A stretch of DNA of 64,000 bases, from NCBI GenBank assembly GCA_963750165.1, contig CAVVPN010000011.1, positions 1,568,001-1,632,000 on the forward strand, written 5' to 3'. The notes beneath the pieces are model-generated. The model was given only the letters and a program-made list of their open reading frames with translations, was not told where the DNA came from and did not search any database. Both the position numbers and the translations under genes were made by a program. Of this stretch, positions 9,471-19,462 are shown in pieces. How positions within the stretch are numbered: the stretch's first letter is position 1; each line of letters opens with the position of its first letter. The DNA is from an uncultured Gemmataceae bacterium. GTDB taxonomy: Bacteria; Planctomycetota; Planctomycetia; Gemmatales; Gemmataceae.

Positions 9471-10613
9471 ATGAAAGCCTGGACCTATCAGGACGACAAG
9501 CAGGTGAAGAAGCACGGCGCGGAGAAGGCCAGCTGGTACGTCGGCTGGCTCGACCCCGAGGGCAAGCGCCGCTGCAAGAGCTGCGGGCCCGGCCCCAAGG
9601 GCAAGCGCGACGCCGAAAAGGAGGCCGACAAGATCCACAGCCAGCTGGTCACCAACACGTACCGCGAGCAGGGCAAGAAGACCTGGGAGGAGTTCCGCAA
9701 GGAGTACGAAGAAAAAGTGCTGGCCGGCCTGGCGCCCCGCACGCGCGGGAGCGTGAAGTCCTCGCTCGACGCCTTCGAGAGACACGTCAACCCGGGACGG
9801 GTGTTCTACGTCACCACGGCGACGGTCGATGAGTTCATCAGCAAGCGGCGGAAGGACCCGGGGCTGAAGAAGGGCGACGCCATCAGCCCGCACAGCGTCA
9901 ACCACGACCTGCGCCACCTCAAGGCGGTCCTGGCCGTGGCGGTCGAGTGGGGCTACCTGGCGCACATGCCGAAGTGCCGGATGGAGAAGGCCCCCAAGAA
10001 GCTGCCCACCTACGTCACCGGCGAGCACTTCGCCGCGATCTACGCCGCCGCAGACGCCGCCCGGTTTCCCGCCGGCCTGACGTGCTCCGCAGGCGACTGG
10101 TGGCGGGCGCTTGTGACGTTCGGTTACATGACCGGCTGGCGCATAAGCGACATGATGGGGCTGCGACGTGACGACGTGGACCTGCAGGCGGGCACGGCCA
10201 TCACTCGCGCCGAGGCCAACAAAGGCAAGCGCGACGAGTTGGTGAAACTGCATCCCGTCGTGGTCGAGCACCTGAAGCGGTTGGCCGGGTTCACCCCGAC
10301 CGTGTTCACCTGGCCGCACGACCAGCGGACGCTGCACACCATCTTCGCCGAGGTGCAGGAGGCGGCGAAGATCAAGTTGCCCTGCGCCGGCCGCCACGAG
10401 CACACGCGGTTCTGCCACGTCTACGGGTTCCACGACCTCCGGCGGGCCTTCGCCACCATGAACGCGGACAAGTTGACGCCGGATGCGCTGCAGGCGCTCA
10501 TGCGGCACAAGTCCTACCAGACGACGCAGGTGTACATCAACCTGGCCCGCCAGATGGACGAGGCCGTGGCGAGCCTGCACGTTCCAGAGGTGTTGCGGAA
10601 GGCGGGCGGGTGA
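9471..10613 (+). CDS. int: Tyrosine recombinase / phage-type integrase
   Basis: Catalytic set TGWR, HDLRR, MRHKS, TTQVY. Adjacent to a tRNA 3' end. Confidence 0.93.
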   Translation: MKAWTYQDDKQVKKHGAEKASWYVGWLDPEGKRRCKSCGPGPKGKRDAEKEADKIHSQLVTNTYREQGKKTWEEFRKEYEEKVLAGLAPRTRGSVKSSLDAFERHVNPGRVFYVTTATVDEFISKRRKDPGLKKGDAISPHSVNHDLRHLKAVLAVAVEWGYLAHMPKCRMEKAPKKLPTYVTGEHFAAIYAAADAARFPAGLTCSAGDWWRALVTFGYMTGWRISDMMGLRRDDVDLQAGTAITRAEANKGKRDELVKLHPVVVEHLKRLAGFTPTVFTWPHDQRTLHTIFAEVQEAAKIKLPCAGRHEHTRFCHVYGFHDLRRAFATMNADKLTPDALQALMRHKSYQTTQVYINLARQMDEAVASLHVPEVLRKAGG

Positions 10614-10691
10614 ATGGGCTATTGAGGGACTATTGAGGGACGGCCAGAACTGGCCGTCAGTCGATTTGCCGTAAGTCCTTACGTTGCTTAG

Positions 10692-10764
<73 letters not shown>

Positions 10765-11284
10765 AAGTATTTGATCCTATTCGGTTTGCATCACTTCACC
10801 TCGTCTGGCCTACTCACCTTTACCCCTGTTACTCCAGGAAAAGTGGCCAACCGTTCACAGCGGTTGGCCGCGAACACAAGAACACAGATTAGGAGTCTAT
10901 AACCACACCAAGGTTCATTCTACCCCATCCACCTTCCCTGGCAAGTCTACCAAACCGAGCAAGCTCAATCCCGAATTCCCCCCTGTTCCCCCACGCCGGG
11001 TGGTGTCTCCGTTGCGCTGCCAAGTCCGTAAGTCCTTGTATGTAGTTCAAGGGGTGCCGAACAGGCCGATTTTCGGCACCGAGCGTCAACCATCAGCTAC
11101 AGTTGAAGTTACGCTACGCTGGCAATAATCCTGACACACCACCGTTAGAGTCGTCATGCCGCGTTGCGGCACCCAGAGATCATGAAAATGGGGGGGAGTG
11201 GGCCTATGCTAACGAACCGCCACCGGCCCTGGGGGAGGTCGTCTTTGAATCGCTTGGTGCCTTGAGCTCGCGTTAGCGTCGGAC

Positions 11285-11662
11285 CCGCACCAAGGACTGC
11301 CAGTGGCTCGCCCACCTGCTGGCGGGTGGCCTGCTCAAGGCCCGCTTCGTGCCGCCGCCGGTTCGGGAGTTGCGTGACCGGACGCGGCAGCGGGCGAAAG
11401 GGACGTATCTGCAGGCACAGTACCGGCGGCGGGCGCGGCGGCGCGGCGCCAGAAGGCGCTGGTGGCGGTGGGGCACACGTTGTTGGTGATCATTTATCAC
11501 CGGCTCAAGCGCGGCACGACCTATGAGGAAGTGGGCGCGGACTTCCTCGACCGGCTGGAGCCGGAGCGCCTGAGCCGCCAACTGGTCAACCGCCGGGAGA
11601 AGTTGGGACATCGGGTCACCCTCGAACCGGCCCCTGCCGCCTGAGGGGGGATTTTCAGGGCA
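11285..11662 (+). pseudogene. Internally deleted IS110-family transposase remnant
   Basis: KDCQWLAHLLAGGLLKARFVPPP.RELRDRTR (N-domain) abuts YLQAQYRR...ALVAVGHTLLVIIYHRLKRGTTYEEVG (C-terminus), with frameshifts. Ends near ATTTTCAGGGCAG. Confidence 0.75.
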
Positions 11663-11890
11663 GCATGGCAGGGTCTTGAAACCATTTCTAAGCGACGTGT
11701 TCTCGTTGGTACTGTAGTCGTCATTGATGGCGGTCGGGGTGGTCAGGGTCTGGATGGCAAACACGTCAGAGACTCAAAGGCGGTGCCAGATCCATGTCTG
11801 CACGGCGATCACCGCGCACTGCGCCTTGTGGAAAAAGTCGAATCGCGCGGGATGCCGGGCTGGCTTCCAGATGCCGCCGTACCAGTCGCC

Positions 11891-12367
11891 CTACCGGCGT
11901 GAACCATCGGACAACCCTTCACGGCCCTGAACTGGCAACGTCATTTCCAGCGGCGCCACCTGCGGCCCCGGCGGCGCCGGACACGACACGACGACACGGG
12001 CCTGCGTGGCTGCCGCCGGCACCTCCACCCCCGCACCGGGGGCCGAATACTTGCCGCCTCAGCAGCGGTGGCTGAGCGTCACCGTCACCGGCGGACTCAG
12101 CGGCACCTCGCCCTGGTAAAACGTGATCGTCGCCACGGGATCGTCGGCGCCCAGGAAATCGAGTTGCCGCACGCCGCCGCTCGCCAGCCGGGCCACCAGA
12201 CGCACCTCCAGATCGCCAGTCCGGCCAGCGACCCACTGTGGCCGACTGACCAGCACCGGCGCCACCGTATCCGCCTCGGTCAGCGGCGCCGGCCGCAGCA
12301 GGAACCCCACCAGTATGAACAGCGCCAGCAGCCCCGCCGGCACCAGATAGCCCGCCCAGTTCTTCAT
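11891..12367 (-). CDS. Membrane-anchored protein; candidate selenoprotein (in-frame TGA at 12059-12061; 102 aa if the TGA is a stop)
   Basis: N-terminal TM helix. LSHRC-TGA-GGKYSAP... continues 55 codons to TAG at 11891, with a hairpin just after the TGA. Confidence 0.55.
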
Positions 12368-12471
12368 GTGTTCGGCCCAACCGGTTCCGTTGACGAAGCC
12401 CATCGACCCGCTTATTGTAGCCTCCGCCGTGGATGCGACACAAGTTCCCGAACGCTGCAAAGGGGAAAGCG

Positions 12472-12981
12472 ATGGGCGAACTGGGCGAATCGCTGGTGCA
12501 ACTCGTGGTGGTGCTGGGTACGCTGCTCCGCGAGTTGTTCGTCCTGGCGGCGCGAAACGCCCTGGTGCTGGCCTGGCTGGCGTGGTGGCTCGGCGCCGCC
12601 AACTGGAAGAAGATCTGGCCGGTGCTCGGCATCGGCGCCTGGACGGTGCTGCTGCTGCTCTGGGGCATGACCGCCCTGGTCTGGTCGCGCATCGACCCGA
12701 AGCCGTGTGACTGTCTGACCTACGTCGTCGTGCCGAATTTCTGGTGGCAACTGGGGGCGGTCGGCCTGCTGATCGCCTCGGCGTTCGTGTGCGGCTGGCT
12801 CCAGGAACTGTTCCGCTGGACGCCGCCGGAAATCCAGCTGGAGCCGCCGGCCGCTGACCATGCGCATGAGATCGGCCACGGTCACGGCCCGCTGTCGGTG
12901 CAGGGCCCCGACCCCGGCCACGAACCGCCCAGTCCCGATGATCCACACCCGCACGGCACCGCGCACCACCATCCCCATTGA
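12472..12981 (+). CDS. Membrane protein with His-rich C-terminal tail
   Basis: Several hydrophobic helices; tail DHAHEIGHGHG...HPHGTAHHHPH. Confidence 0.75.
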   Translation: MGELGESLVQLVVVLGTLLRELFVLAARNALVLAWLAWWLGAANWKKIWPVLGIGAWTVLLLLWGMTALVWSRIDPKPCDCLTYVVVPNFWWQLGAVGLLIASAFVCGWLQELFRWTPPEIQLEPPAADHAHEIGHGHGPLSVQGPDPGHEPPSPDDPHPHGTAHHHPH

Positions 12982-13062
12982 GCCTTCGGACAGTACAGAG
13001 CCCTGTTCACGGTTCGCGCGGCCCGCGCGAACCGTGAACAGGGCTCTGTACTGTCCGAAGGC
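12982..13062. repeat. Perfect 39-bp inverted repeat between convergent genes (REP-like or bidirectional terminator)
   Basis: GCCTTCGGACAGTACAGAGCCCTGTTCACGGTTCGCGCG, 3-nt loop, exact reverse complement. Confidence 0.9.
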
Positions 13063-13073
13063 CAGAAGTCCAG

Positions 13074-13382
13074 TCAATTCTCACTGAAATCGAATTTCTG
13101 GAGCGATTCCTTGGCCAGCGGATTGCGCATGAATTTCTTGTGGCAGTCGGAGCACAGATCAAAGCTGAAGTGCTTGTAGGGTTCGACCAGTTCGGGGCCA
13201 TCGTCGCCGTCCTCGAGGTCGCGCAGCATCTGACCGATGGCCTCAATGGCGTCCTCGTCGAGGTCCGCCTCGGTGAGCTGATGCGGATCGTGGGCGGCGT
13301 ACGCCTCAATTTTGACGACGTACCGCTGATCCTCCTTGGGTCGAAGCGCCTTGCCGCAGTGGTCGCACGTCACGTGGATCAT
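13074..13382 (-). CDS. Small zinc-binding hypothetical protein
   Basis: TCDHCGK ... FDLCSDCH with an acidic linker. Confidence 0.75.
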   Translation of the reverse strand: MIHVTCDHCGKALRPKEDQRYVVKIEAYAAHDPHQLTEADLDEDAIEAIGQMLRDLEDGDDGPELVEPYKHFSFDLCSDCHKKFMRNPLAKESLQKFDFSEN

Positions 13383-13590
13383 GGGACGAGTCACCTTTCA
13401 TTTCCGACCGAGACGGGGCGAGGGCGGACGCTGCTCGGCTGCGTCATGCCTTCCTGAAACCGGGCGAGTCGCCGGCTTGCGAGCAGGAAAGGCCCTCTAT
13501 TCTAGAGGTCGCAGTTTTTCGCTCGGCTGTCAAGCTGAATTCAAAAAAACACCCTTGCTTTTCGCGGTTTCTTCAGGCGACCCGGAGCCC

Positions 13591-13959
13591 TCAATTTACC
13601 GCGTCGCGGTGAACCGTGTCCGGCGAAAACGCCGGCAGGCACACGGCGAGATACTCCGCGCCTTCCGGCTCAGGCGTGCTGTACTGCACCCATTCGCCGC
13701 GGTGCGCCACCACCGCCTGGCCGGCGCGCACGTCGAGCACGCCGCCGCGGTGCGTCACGCGCAGCAGCCCGCGCAGCACGACGGTGAACTCGTCAAAGTC
13801 GGGCGTCTGGCCCGGTTCGATCCAGCCACCGGGGCTGCGCATGTGCGCGACGCTGACGGCCTCGGTGCGCGAGTTGACGCGGCCGACGTACTCGTCGATG
13901 AGCTTGGGTTTGTTGCCGGCGGCCTCGATGCGCGTCGGTTTGGCGATCAGGGTTGGCAT
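13591..13959 (-). CDS. Cupin domain protein
   Basis: WIEPGQTPDFDEFTVVLRG...GEWVQYSTP...CLPAFSP. Confidence 0.85.
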   Translation of the reverse strand: MPTLIAKPTRIEAAGNKPKLIDEYVGRVNSRTEAVSVAHMRSPGGWIEPGQTPDFDEFTVVLRGLLRVTHRGGVLDVRAGQAVVAHRGEWVQYSTPEPEGAEYLAVCLPAFSPDTVHRDAVN

Positions 13960-14102
13960 GGCGTGGCCTCACGAAACGTAGTTGGGGCGACCGCAGGGTT
14001 ACGATATGGCTGCGGCAGCCGCTTGACGAACCGCCGCGGCGCTGGGATAACTACACTTCACAGGGATTTCAGGAAAAACCCACAGGCGTAGGGAGGCCCC
14101 CA

Positions 14103-14564
14103 ATGAAGACGCTGTTCGGAGTTGTGGCGGTGGCGAAGGTGGTCTGGGCGAGCCTGACGTTCGCCGGGGTGGCCGCGGTCGGCCTGGTCGTGGTCACCGG
14201 CGACGCCAACAAGGGGGGCAAAAAGGTGGACACGCGCGTGTTCGAGCTGCGCACCTATTACGCCAACCCCGGTAAGATGGAGGCCCTGCACGCCCGCTTC
14301 CGCAACCACACCAACGCCCTGTTCAAGAAGCACGGCATGACCATCATCGGCTTCTGGAGCCCGCGCGACCCCAAGGAGGCCGAGCGCAAACTGGTCTACA
14401 TCCTCGCCTACCCCAGCAAGGACGCTGCCGACAAGAGCTGGAAAGCGTTCCGCGACGACCCGGCCTGGAAGAAGGCCAAGGACGACTCGGAGGTCAACGG
14501 TGTGCTCGTGGAGAAAGTGGACTCGCTGTACCTGAACCCGACCGATTACTCGCCGATCAAGTAA
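14103..14564 (+). CDS. NIPSNAP family protein (signal peptide)
   Basis: FELRTYYANPGKMEALHARF ... LNPTDYSPIK. Confidence 0.9.
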   Translation: MKTLFGVVAVAKVVWASLTFAGVAAVGLVVVTGDANKGGKKVDTRVFELRTYYANPGKMEALHARFRNHTNALFKKHGMTIIGFWSPRDPKEAERKLVYILAYPSKDAADKSWKAFRDDPAWKKAKDDSEVNGVLVEKVDSLYLNPTDYSPIK

Positions 14565-14699
14565 CGGCGCAACGCTACTGGTCCGCCGCTGGCGGCTTAG
14601 CGCTCTGCGACCCTTCTCACGTGAGATGGGTTACGGTGCGCTGAGCCGCCAGCGCCGGAACAGAAAACACCCTGCCCCAACCCCGCCGAGGAACCCACC

Positions 14700-15977
14700 A
14701 TGACGAAGAAGGCCGCCCGACTGCTGCCGCTGGGCGTGCTCGCCGCCTGGCTCCTGCTCGCCCCGTCGGCGTCGCACGCCGACAACTGGCCGCGCTTCCG
14801 CGGCCCCAACGGCACTGGCGTCGCCAACGACCGCGACGTGCCGGTGCAGTTCGACGACAAGACCAACATGCTCTGGAAGGTATCGCTGCCGGGCACCGGC
14901 CACTCGTCTCCGGTCGTCTGGGGCGACCGCCTGTTCCTGCAAACAGCGCTGGGCAACGCCAAGGCGCGGCAACTGCTGTGCCTGGACGCGGTCACCGGCA
15001 AGCGGCTCTGGGCCAGGGATCTGCCGGGCGTCGCCACCCGGACCAAGATCCACAAGCTCAGCTCCTACGCCTCCTCGACGCCGGCGGTGGACGGGCAGTG
15101 CGTCTACCTGGCGTTCTGGGACGGCATCGACATCCACCTGCGGGCCTTCGACCTAAACGGCAACCAGCTCTGGACGCGCAACCTGGGCTACTTCAAGAGC
15201 CAGCACGGCCCGGGAGCCTCGCCGGTCGTCTATCTGGGCAAGGTGTATTTCGCCAACGACCAGGACGACAGCTCGACGCTGTACTGCCTGGACTGCAAGT
15301 CGGGCAAGACGGTCTGGCAGAAGGATCGGCCTGCTTACCGCGCCTGTTACTCGGCGCCGTTCCTGCTGGAGAAGCCGGGCCGCCCGGCGGAACTGGTCGT
15401 GGTCAGTACCCTGGCGGTGACCGGCTATGAGCCGCACCAGGGTACGGAATTGTGGAACTGGGTCTGGAAGCACAAGTCCAAGATGCCGCTGCGCACGACG
15501 GCGTCGCCGGCTTACGCCAACGGCATGCTGCTCTGCTGCAGCGGCGATGGCGGCGGCGACCGCTACATGATCGGGGTCAAGCTCGGCGACAACGGCGCCA
15601 GCACGGAGCCGAAGCTGGCCTGGGGCAACGACAAAAAGGAATGCCCCTACGTGCCGACGCCGCTGGTGCGCGGTGACCACTTTTACTTCGTCAACGACAA
15701 GGGCTTCGCCGGCTGCTACGAGTTGAAGACCGGCAAGAAAGTCTGGATGCAGCGGCTGCCGAACGTGCGTGACGTGTTCGCCTCACCGGTGCTGATCGAC
15801 GGCAAAATCTACGCGATCAGCGACGCCGGCGACGTGTTCGTGATCGCCGCCGAGCCGACGTACCGGCTGCTGGCGACGAACTCCATGAACGAGACGGTGC
15901 GGGCGACGCCGGCCGTGGCGAACAACCGGCTGTACATCCGCGGCCAGAATCACCTGTTCTGCATTGCGAAAAAATGA
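14700..15977 (+). CDS. PQQ-binding-like beta-propeller protein (BamB-like)
   Basis: Signal peptide, NWPRFRGPNGTG, SSPVVWGD, repeated W-containing blades. Confidence 0.9.
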   Translation: MTKKAARLLPLGVLAAWLLLAPSASHADNWPRFRGPNGTGVANDRDVPVQFDDKTNMLWKVSLPGTGHSSPVVWGDRLFLQTALGNAKARQLLCLDAVTGKRLWARDLPGVATRTKIHKLSSYASSTPAVDGQCVYLAFWDGIDIHLRAFDLNGNQLWTRNLGYFKSQHGPGASPVVYLGKVYFANDQDDSSTLYCLDCKSGKTVWQKDRPAYRACYSAPFLLEKPGRPAELVVVSTLAVTGYEPHQGTELWNWVWKHKSKMPLRTTASPAYANGMLLCCSGDGGGDRYMIGVKLGDNGASTEPKLAWGNDKKECPYVPTPLVRGDHFYFVNDKGFAGCYELKTGKKVWMQRLPNVRDVFASPVLIDGKIYAISDAGDVFVIAAEPTYRLLATNSMNETVRATPAVANNRLYIRGQNHLFCIAKK

Positions 15978-16480
15978 GCGACACTATTCCCATCCTGGAA
16001 GCAGTCCCCGCCCTGGTGGGCATCTACCTCGTCGCGGACAAGGGCGAACGGCTGCGGGGCGTCGCGGAAATTGAGGCGGTCGCCGGTCAGGGCCTGGCCG
16101 GCGACCGCTATTTCTTGAAGCGCGGCGCGTTCTCCGCGAAGGAAGGCGCCGACCGCGAGCTGACGTTGATCGAGAGCGAGGCGCTGGAGGCGCTGGAGCG
16201 CGAGTATCAGATCACGCTGTCGCCGGAGGAGTCGCGGCGCAACCTGCTGACGCGCGGCGTGCGGCTGAACGATCTGGTCGGCAAGGAATTTTGCATCGGC
16301 GGCGTGCGGCTGCGCGGCCTGCGGCTGTGCGAGCCGTGCGGCCGGCTGGAGCGGCTGACCGGCAAGACGCTCATCAAGGGGCTGAGCCGGCGCGGCGGCC
16401 TGCGAGCGCAGATTCTGCACGGTGGAGTGCTGCGCGTCGGCGACCCGTTCACGCAGACCGAGAAGGGCGGGGAGCGCTAA
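15974..16480 (+). CDS. MOSC domain protein
   Basis: GLAGDRY, SRRNLLTRG, LCEPC, RGGLRAQI. Confidence 0.9.
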   Translation: MSDTIPILEAVPALVGIYLVADKGERLRGVAEIEAVAGQGLAGDRYFLKRGAFSAKEGADRELTLIESEALEALEREYQITLSPEESRRNLLTRGVRLNDLVGKEFCIGGVRLRGLRLCEPCGRLERLTGKTLIKGLSRRGGLRAQILHGGVLRVGDPFTQTEKGGER

Positions 16481-16540
16481 GCCGCAAGCGGCAGAAAGCG
16501 GGGTTGGATCACTCCACCTTTGCTTTCTGCCGCTTGCGGT
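16475..16540. repeat. REP-like family A (GCTAAGCCGCAAGCGGCAG); copies also at ~19394-19413 and ~38008-38025
   Basis: Inverted pair here, with the same motif recurring elsewhere in the window. Confidence 0.75.
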
Positions 16541-16571
16541 TTCTACCAAATCGCCATAAATGTTCGTGGGT

Positions 16572-16652
16572 GGTCGGAGCCCGAGCGCCAGCGAAGGACA
16601 CGCTGGCCCCTCGCTGGCGCTCGGGCTCCGACCATGGCGCTCGGGCTCCGAC
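16572..16652. repeat. REP-like family B (GGTCGGAGCCCGAGCGCCAGCG...CGCTGGCGCTCGGGCTCCGACC); copy at 54234-54297
   Basis: Inverted pair plus an extra half-site. Near-identical element between convergent genes at 54.2 kb. Confidence 0.85.
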
Positions 16653-16661
16653 GAAGCAATC

Positions 16662-18008
16662 TCACGCCGCCCGCGCCGCCGGCGGCGCCACCGCTACCGC
16701 TTGTCCCCGGCAGGTCCGTCGCCAGAGCACCACGACCGCGATTAGCCAGAACACCAGCGTCGCGTACATCACCACGCCGAGGTCGCGCATCGGCTGCCAG
16801 CCGGGCACGTGCGGCAGCACGCCGACGACCACGTTGGCCAGGAAAAGCGCGTACCAGCCGCGGCCCAGCGGCCGGCCCACCGGCTGCCGCGCCAGCAAAC
16901 CCATCACCAGCGGCAGCAGTAGCGCGAAGTAGTGCAGGTGCGCGATCGGGCTGAGCAGCAGCATGTTCATCAGCAGCGCCCCGACGAACAGGACCGTGCC
17001 GGGGCCGTCCTCCACCGATGTCGCCGCCTGGTCGCGGCGCCAGCCGGCCGCCAGCAGCGTCAGCAGCGTCAGCAGGCCGCCCAGCGCCAGCGCGGCGACG
17101 CGCAGCCCAGGGTCGGCGTGGCGCGGCCGCGTCAACGGGTCACGGTGCTGCGTGTTGTGCAGGACCGCCACGAACGATTGGCTCGCGGTCGCGGTCATGT
17201 CCGTCAGCTCCTGGGCACGGGCCTGGTCGCCGTGGTGCGTCAGGCCGGGCAGCAGCACCACCTCGGCCAACTCCTGGTAGTACGCAACGGTGCGTCCCGG
17301 GCCGAACACCGCCGCGGGCACCACGGCCAGGCCGACGGTCAGCCCCAGCGCACAGCCCGCCAGCATGCGCCAGTCGCGCCGCCACAGCGGATAGAGCAGC
17401 AGGAAGACGGGGATGATCTTGACGCACACTGCCGCCGCCAGCCACAGGCCCGCCGTCAGCCGCCGGCCGTGCAGCAGCGCCGCCAACATGCCGCTGAACA
17501 GGAACAGCAGCAGTAAATTGAGCTGGCCGCGCATGAGCGTGTGCGCGACCGGCGGCAGGCACGCCAGGACCGGCAGCGCGCGCAGCATCCACCAGCGCCG
17601 CCCGCCCACGGGGGTCGTCGATTCGAGGGCGGACGCCAGGCAGTGGACGGCGATGACCAGAAAGACGAGGTTGAGGACGTACCACAGGGCCGCGGACAGG
17701 GCGAAGGGTGGCATGCCGCTGGGGTCGGCGCCGGGGGGCGGACTGGCCAGCGGCGTCAGCACGATCGCCAGCAGCGGCGGGTAATGGTAGTGCCAGCTGT
17801 TGTTGTCGGTCACATGATAAAGGTCCGCCCCGGTGCGCACCGCCCACGCCGCCCGCAGATACACGTCCAGGTCGGTCATGCGCCGCGTCAGCAGGGCGGA
17901 GCGGATTTCCACCAGGACGCCGAACAGCACCGCGGCCACGGCCAGCGCGATCAGGCCGACTTTTTCCCAGCGATTCAGCCCGGCGCACGGGTTGAGGACG
18001 GCGGACAC
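16662..18008 (-). CDS. GT87/DUF2029 family membrane glycosyltransferase
   Basis: DLDVYLRAA, YHYPPLLA, RGQLN, AVCVKIIP; multiple TM helices. Confidence 0.85.
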   Translation of the reverse strand: MSAVLNPCAGLNRWEKVGLIALAVAAVLFGVLVEIRSALLTRRMTDLDVYLRAAWAVRTGADLYHVTDNNSWHYHYPPLLAIVLTPLASPPPGADPSGMPPFALSAALWYVLNLVFLVIAVHCLASALESTTPVGGRRWWMLRALPVLACLPPVAHTLMRGQLNLLLLFLFSGMLAALLHGRRLTAGLWLAAAVCVKIIPVFLLLYPLWRRDWRMLAGCALGLTVGLAVVPAAVFGPGRTVAYYQELAEVVLLPGLTHHGDQARAQELTDMTATASQSFVAVLHNTQHRDPLTRPRHADPGLRVAALALGGLLTLLTLLAAGWRRDQAATSVEDGPGTVLFVGALLMNMLLLSPIAHLHYFALLLPLVMGLLARQPVGRPLGRGWYALFLANVVVGVLPHVPGWQPMRDLGVVMYATLVFWLIAVVVLWRRTCRGQAVAVAPPAARAA

Positions 18009-18188
18009 GGCGGACCTCCTTTTTCCGGCAGCCCAGGGTACGCAATGCGGGCTATTCTCACAAGATCGGTCGGCCGGCGGCGGCGGATTGAGATTGTTTT
18101 CGGGTTTGTCCTCGGCGGGCGCACGGCGACTCTATAATGCACCCCAGGCGCCGGCCACGACGGCCGCGCCGCCACGCAAGGGGGAGCC

Positions 18189-19304
18189 ATGACGGACGAG
18201 CACCGGCCCGCGCTAACCTACCGCGACGCGGGCCTCGACCTGGAGTTGTACCAGCAGAGTTTGACCGCAATGGGGCCGTTCCTGCGGCGGACGCACACGC
18301 CGCGCGTCCTGCCGCCACCGTTCCCCTCCGCGCCGGGCGGCGGCAAAAAAGCGGGCGGCGGCTTCGCCAGCCTGTTCAGCCTCGATTACAACGAACGCCT
18401 GTTCGCCAAGAACTACCGCCACCCCGTCCTCATCAGCTGCACCGATGGCGTCGGCACCAAGCTAAAGGTCGCCGCGCTGATGAACAAGCACGACACTGTG
18501 GGCATCGACCTGGTGGCCATGTCGGTCAACGATGCGCTGTGTACGGGTGGCGAACCGCTGCTGTTCCTGGACTACCTGGCGATGCCGAAGGACGACCCGG
18601 CGTTGACGCGCGACCTCATCAAGGGCATCAGCGACGGCTGCCTGGAGGCGGACTGTGCGCTGGTCGGTGGCGAGACGGCGATCCTGCCGGACGTGTACCA
18701 GCCCGGCGACTACGATCTGGCCGGCTTCTGTGTCGGCGTGGTGGAGCGCGACCGCATTGTCAACGGCCGGGCGGTGCGGCCCGGCGACGCGGTGCTCGGC
18801 CTGGCGAGCAGCGGCTTTCACTCGAACGGCTACAGCCTGGTGCGCAAGGTGGTCTTCGAGCACGCGGGGCTGAAGGTGACGGACTTCGTGCCGGAGCTGG
18901 GCCGCACTGTCGGTGAGGCGCTGCTGGAGCCGACGCGGATTTACGTGCGGCCGGTCAAGGAAATCCTGGAGCACTACCCGGTCAAAAAGCGCGTGGTGCG
19001 CGGCCTGGCGCACATCACCGGCGAGGGGCTGCCAGGCAATGTGCCGCGGGTGCTGCCGCCGGGGCGGCGCGTGGTGCTGTGGCGCGGCAGCTGGCCGGTG
19101 CCGCCGGTGTTCCCGTGGCTGCAGCGGCTTGGTAACATCGCGCAGGGCGAGATGGAGAAGGTCTTCAACCTGGGCATCGGCTTCGTGATGATCGTCAGCC
19201 GCTACTACGCGGACAGTATTCGCAACCGATTGGAGGAACTGCGTGTGCCGACGTACCAGATCGGCGAGGTGCGCGAGGGCGAGCCGGGCGTGGAGTTTGA
19301 GTGA
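18189..19304 (+). CDS. purM: Phosphoribosylformylglycinamidine cyclo-ligase
   Basis: TDGVGTK, GIDLVAMSVND, GGETAILP, SSGFHSNGYSL, AHITGEG, FNLGIG. Confidence 0.97.
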   Translation: MTDEHRPALTYRDAGLDLELYQQSLTAMGPFLRRTHTPRVLPPPFPSAPGGGKKAGGGFASLFSLDYNERLFAKNYRHPVLISCTDGVGTKLKVAALMNKHDTVGIDLVAMSVNDALCTGGEPLLFLDYLAMPKDDPALTRDLIKGISDGCLEADCALVGGETAILPDVYQPGDYDLAGFCVGVVERDRIVNGRAVRPGDAVLGLASSGFHSNGYSLVRKVVFEHAGLKVTDFVPELGRTVGEALLEPTRIYVRPVKEILEHYPVKKRVVRGLAHITGEGLPGNVPRVLPPGRRVVLWRGSWPVPPVFPWLQRLGNIAQGEMEKVFNLGIGFVMIVSRYYADSIRNRLEELRVPTYQIGEVREGEPGVEFE

Positions 19305-19462
19305 CCGACGAGGAAACGGCTTGTGGTTCTTGAAAGAGGGGGTAATATCTTACGGAATTGCATTGGAAACTTGCCCCGCATGTTTTCCGAACGCGCTAAG
19401 CCGCAAGCGGCAGATTGACGGGTTCGAGCGCAAGGGGAATCAATCCCCGACGGAGGACGCAC

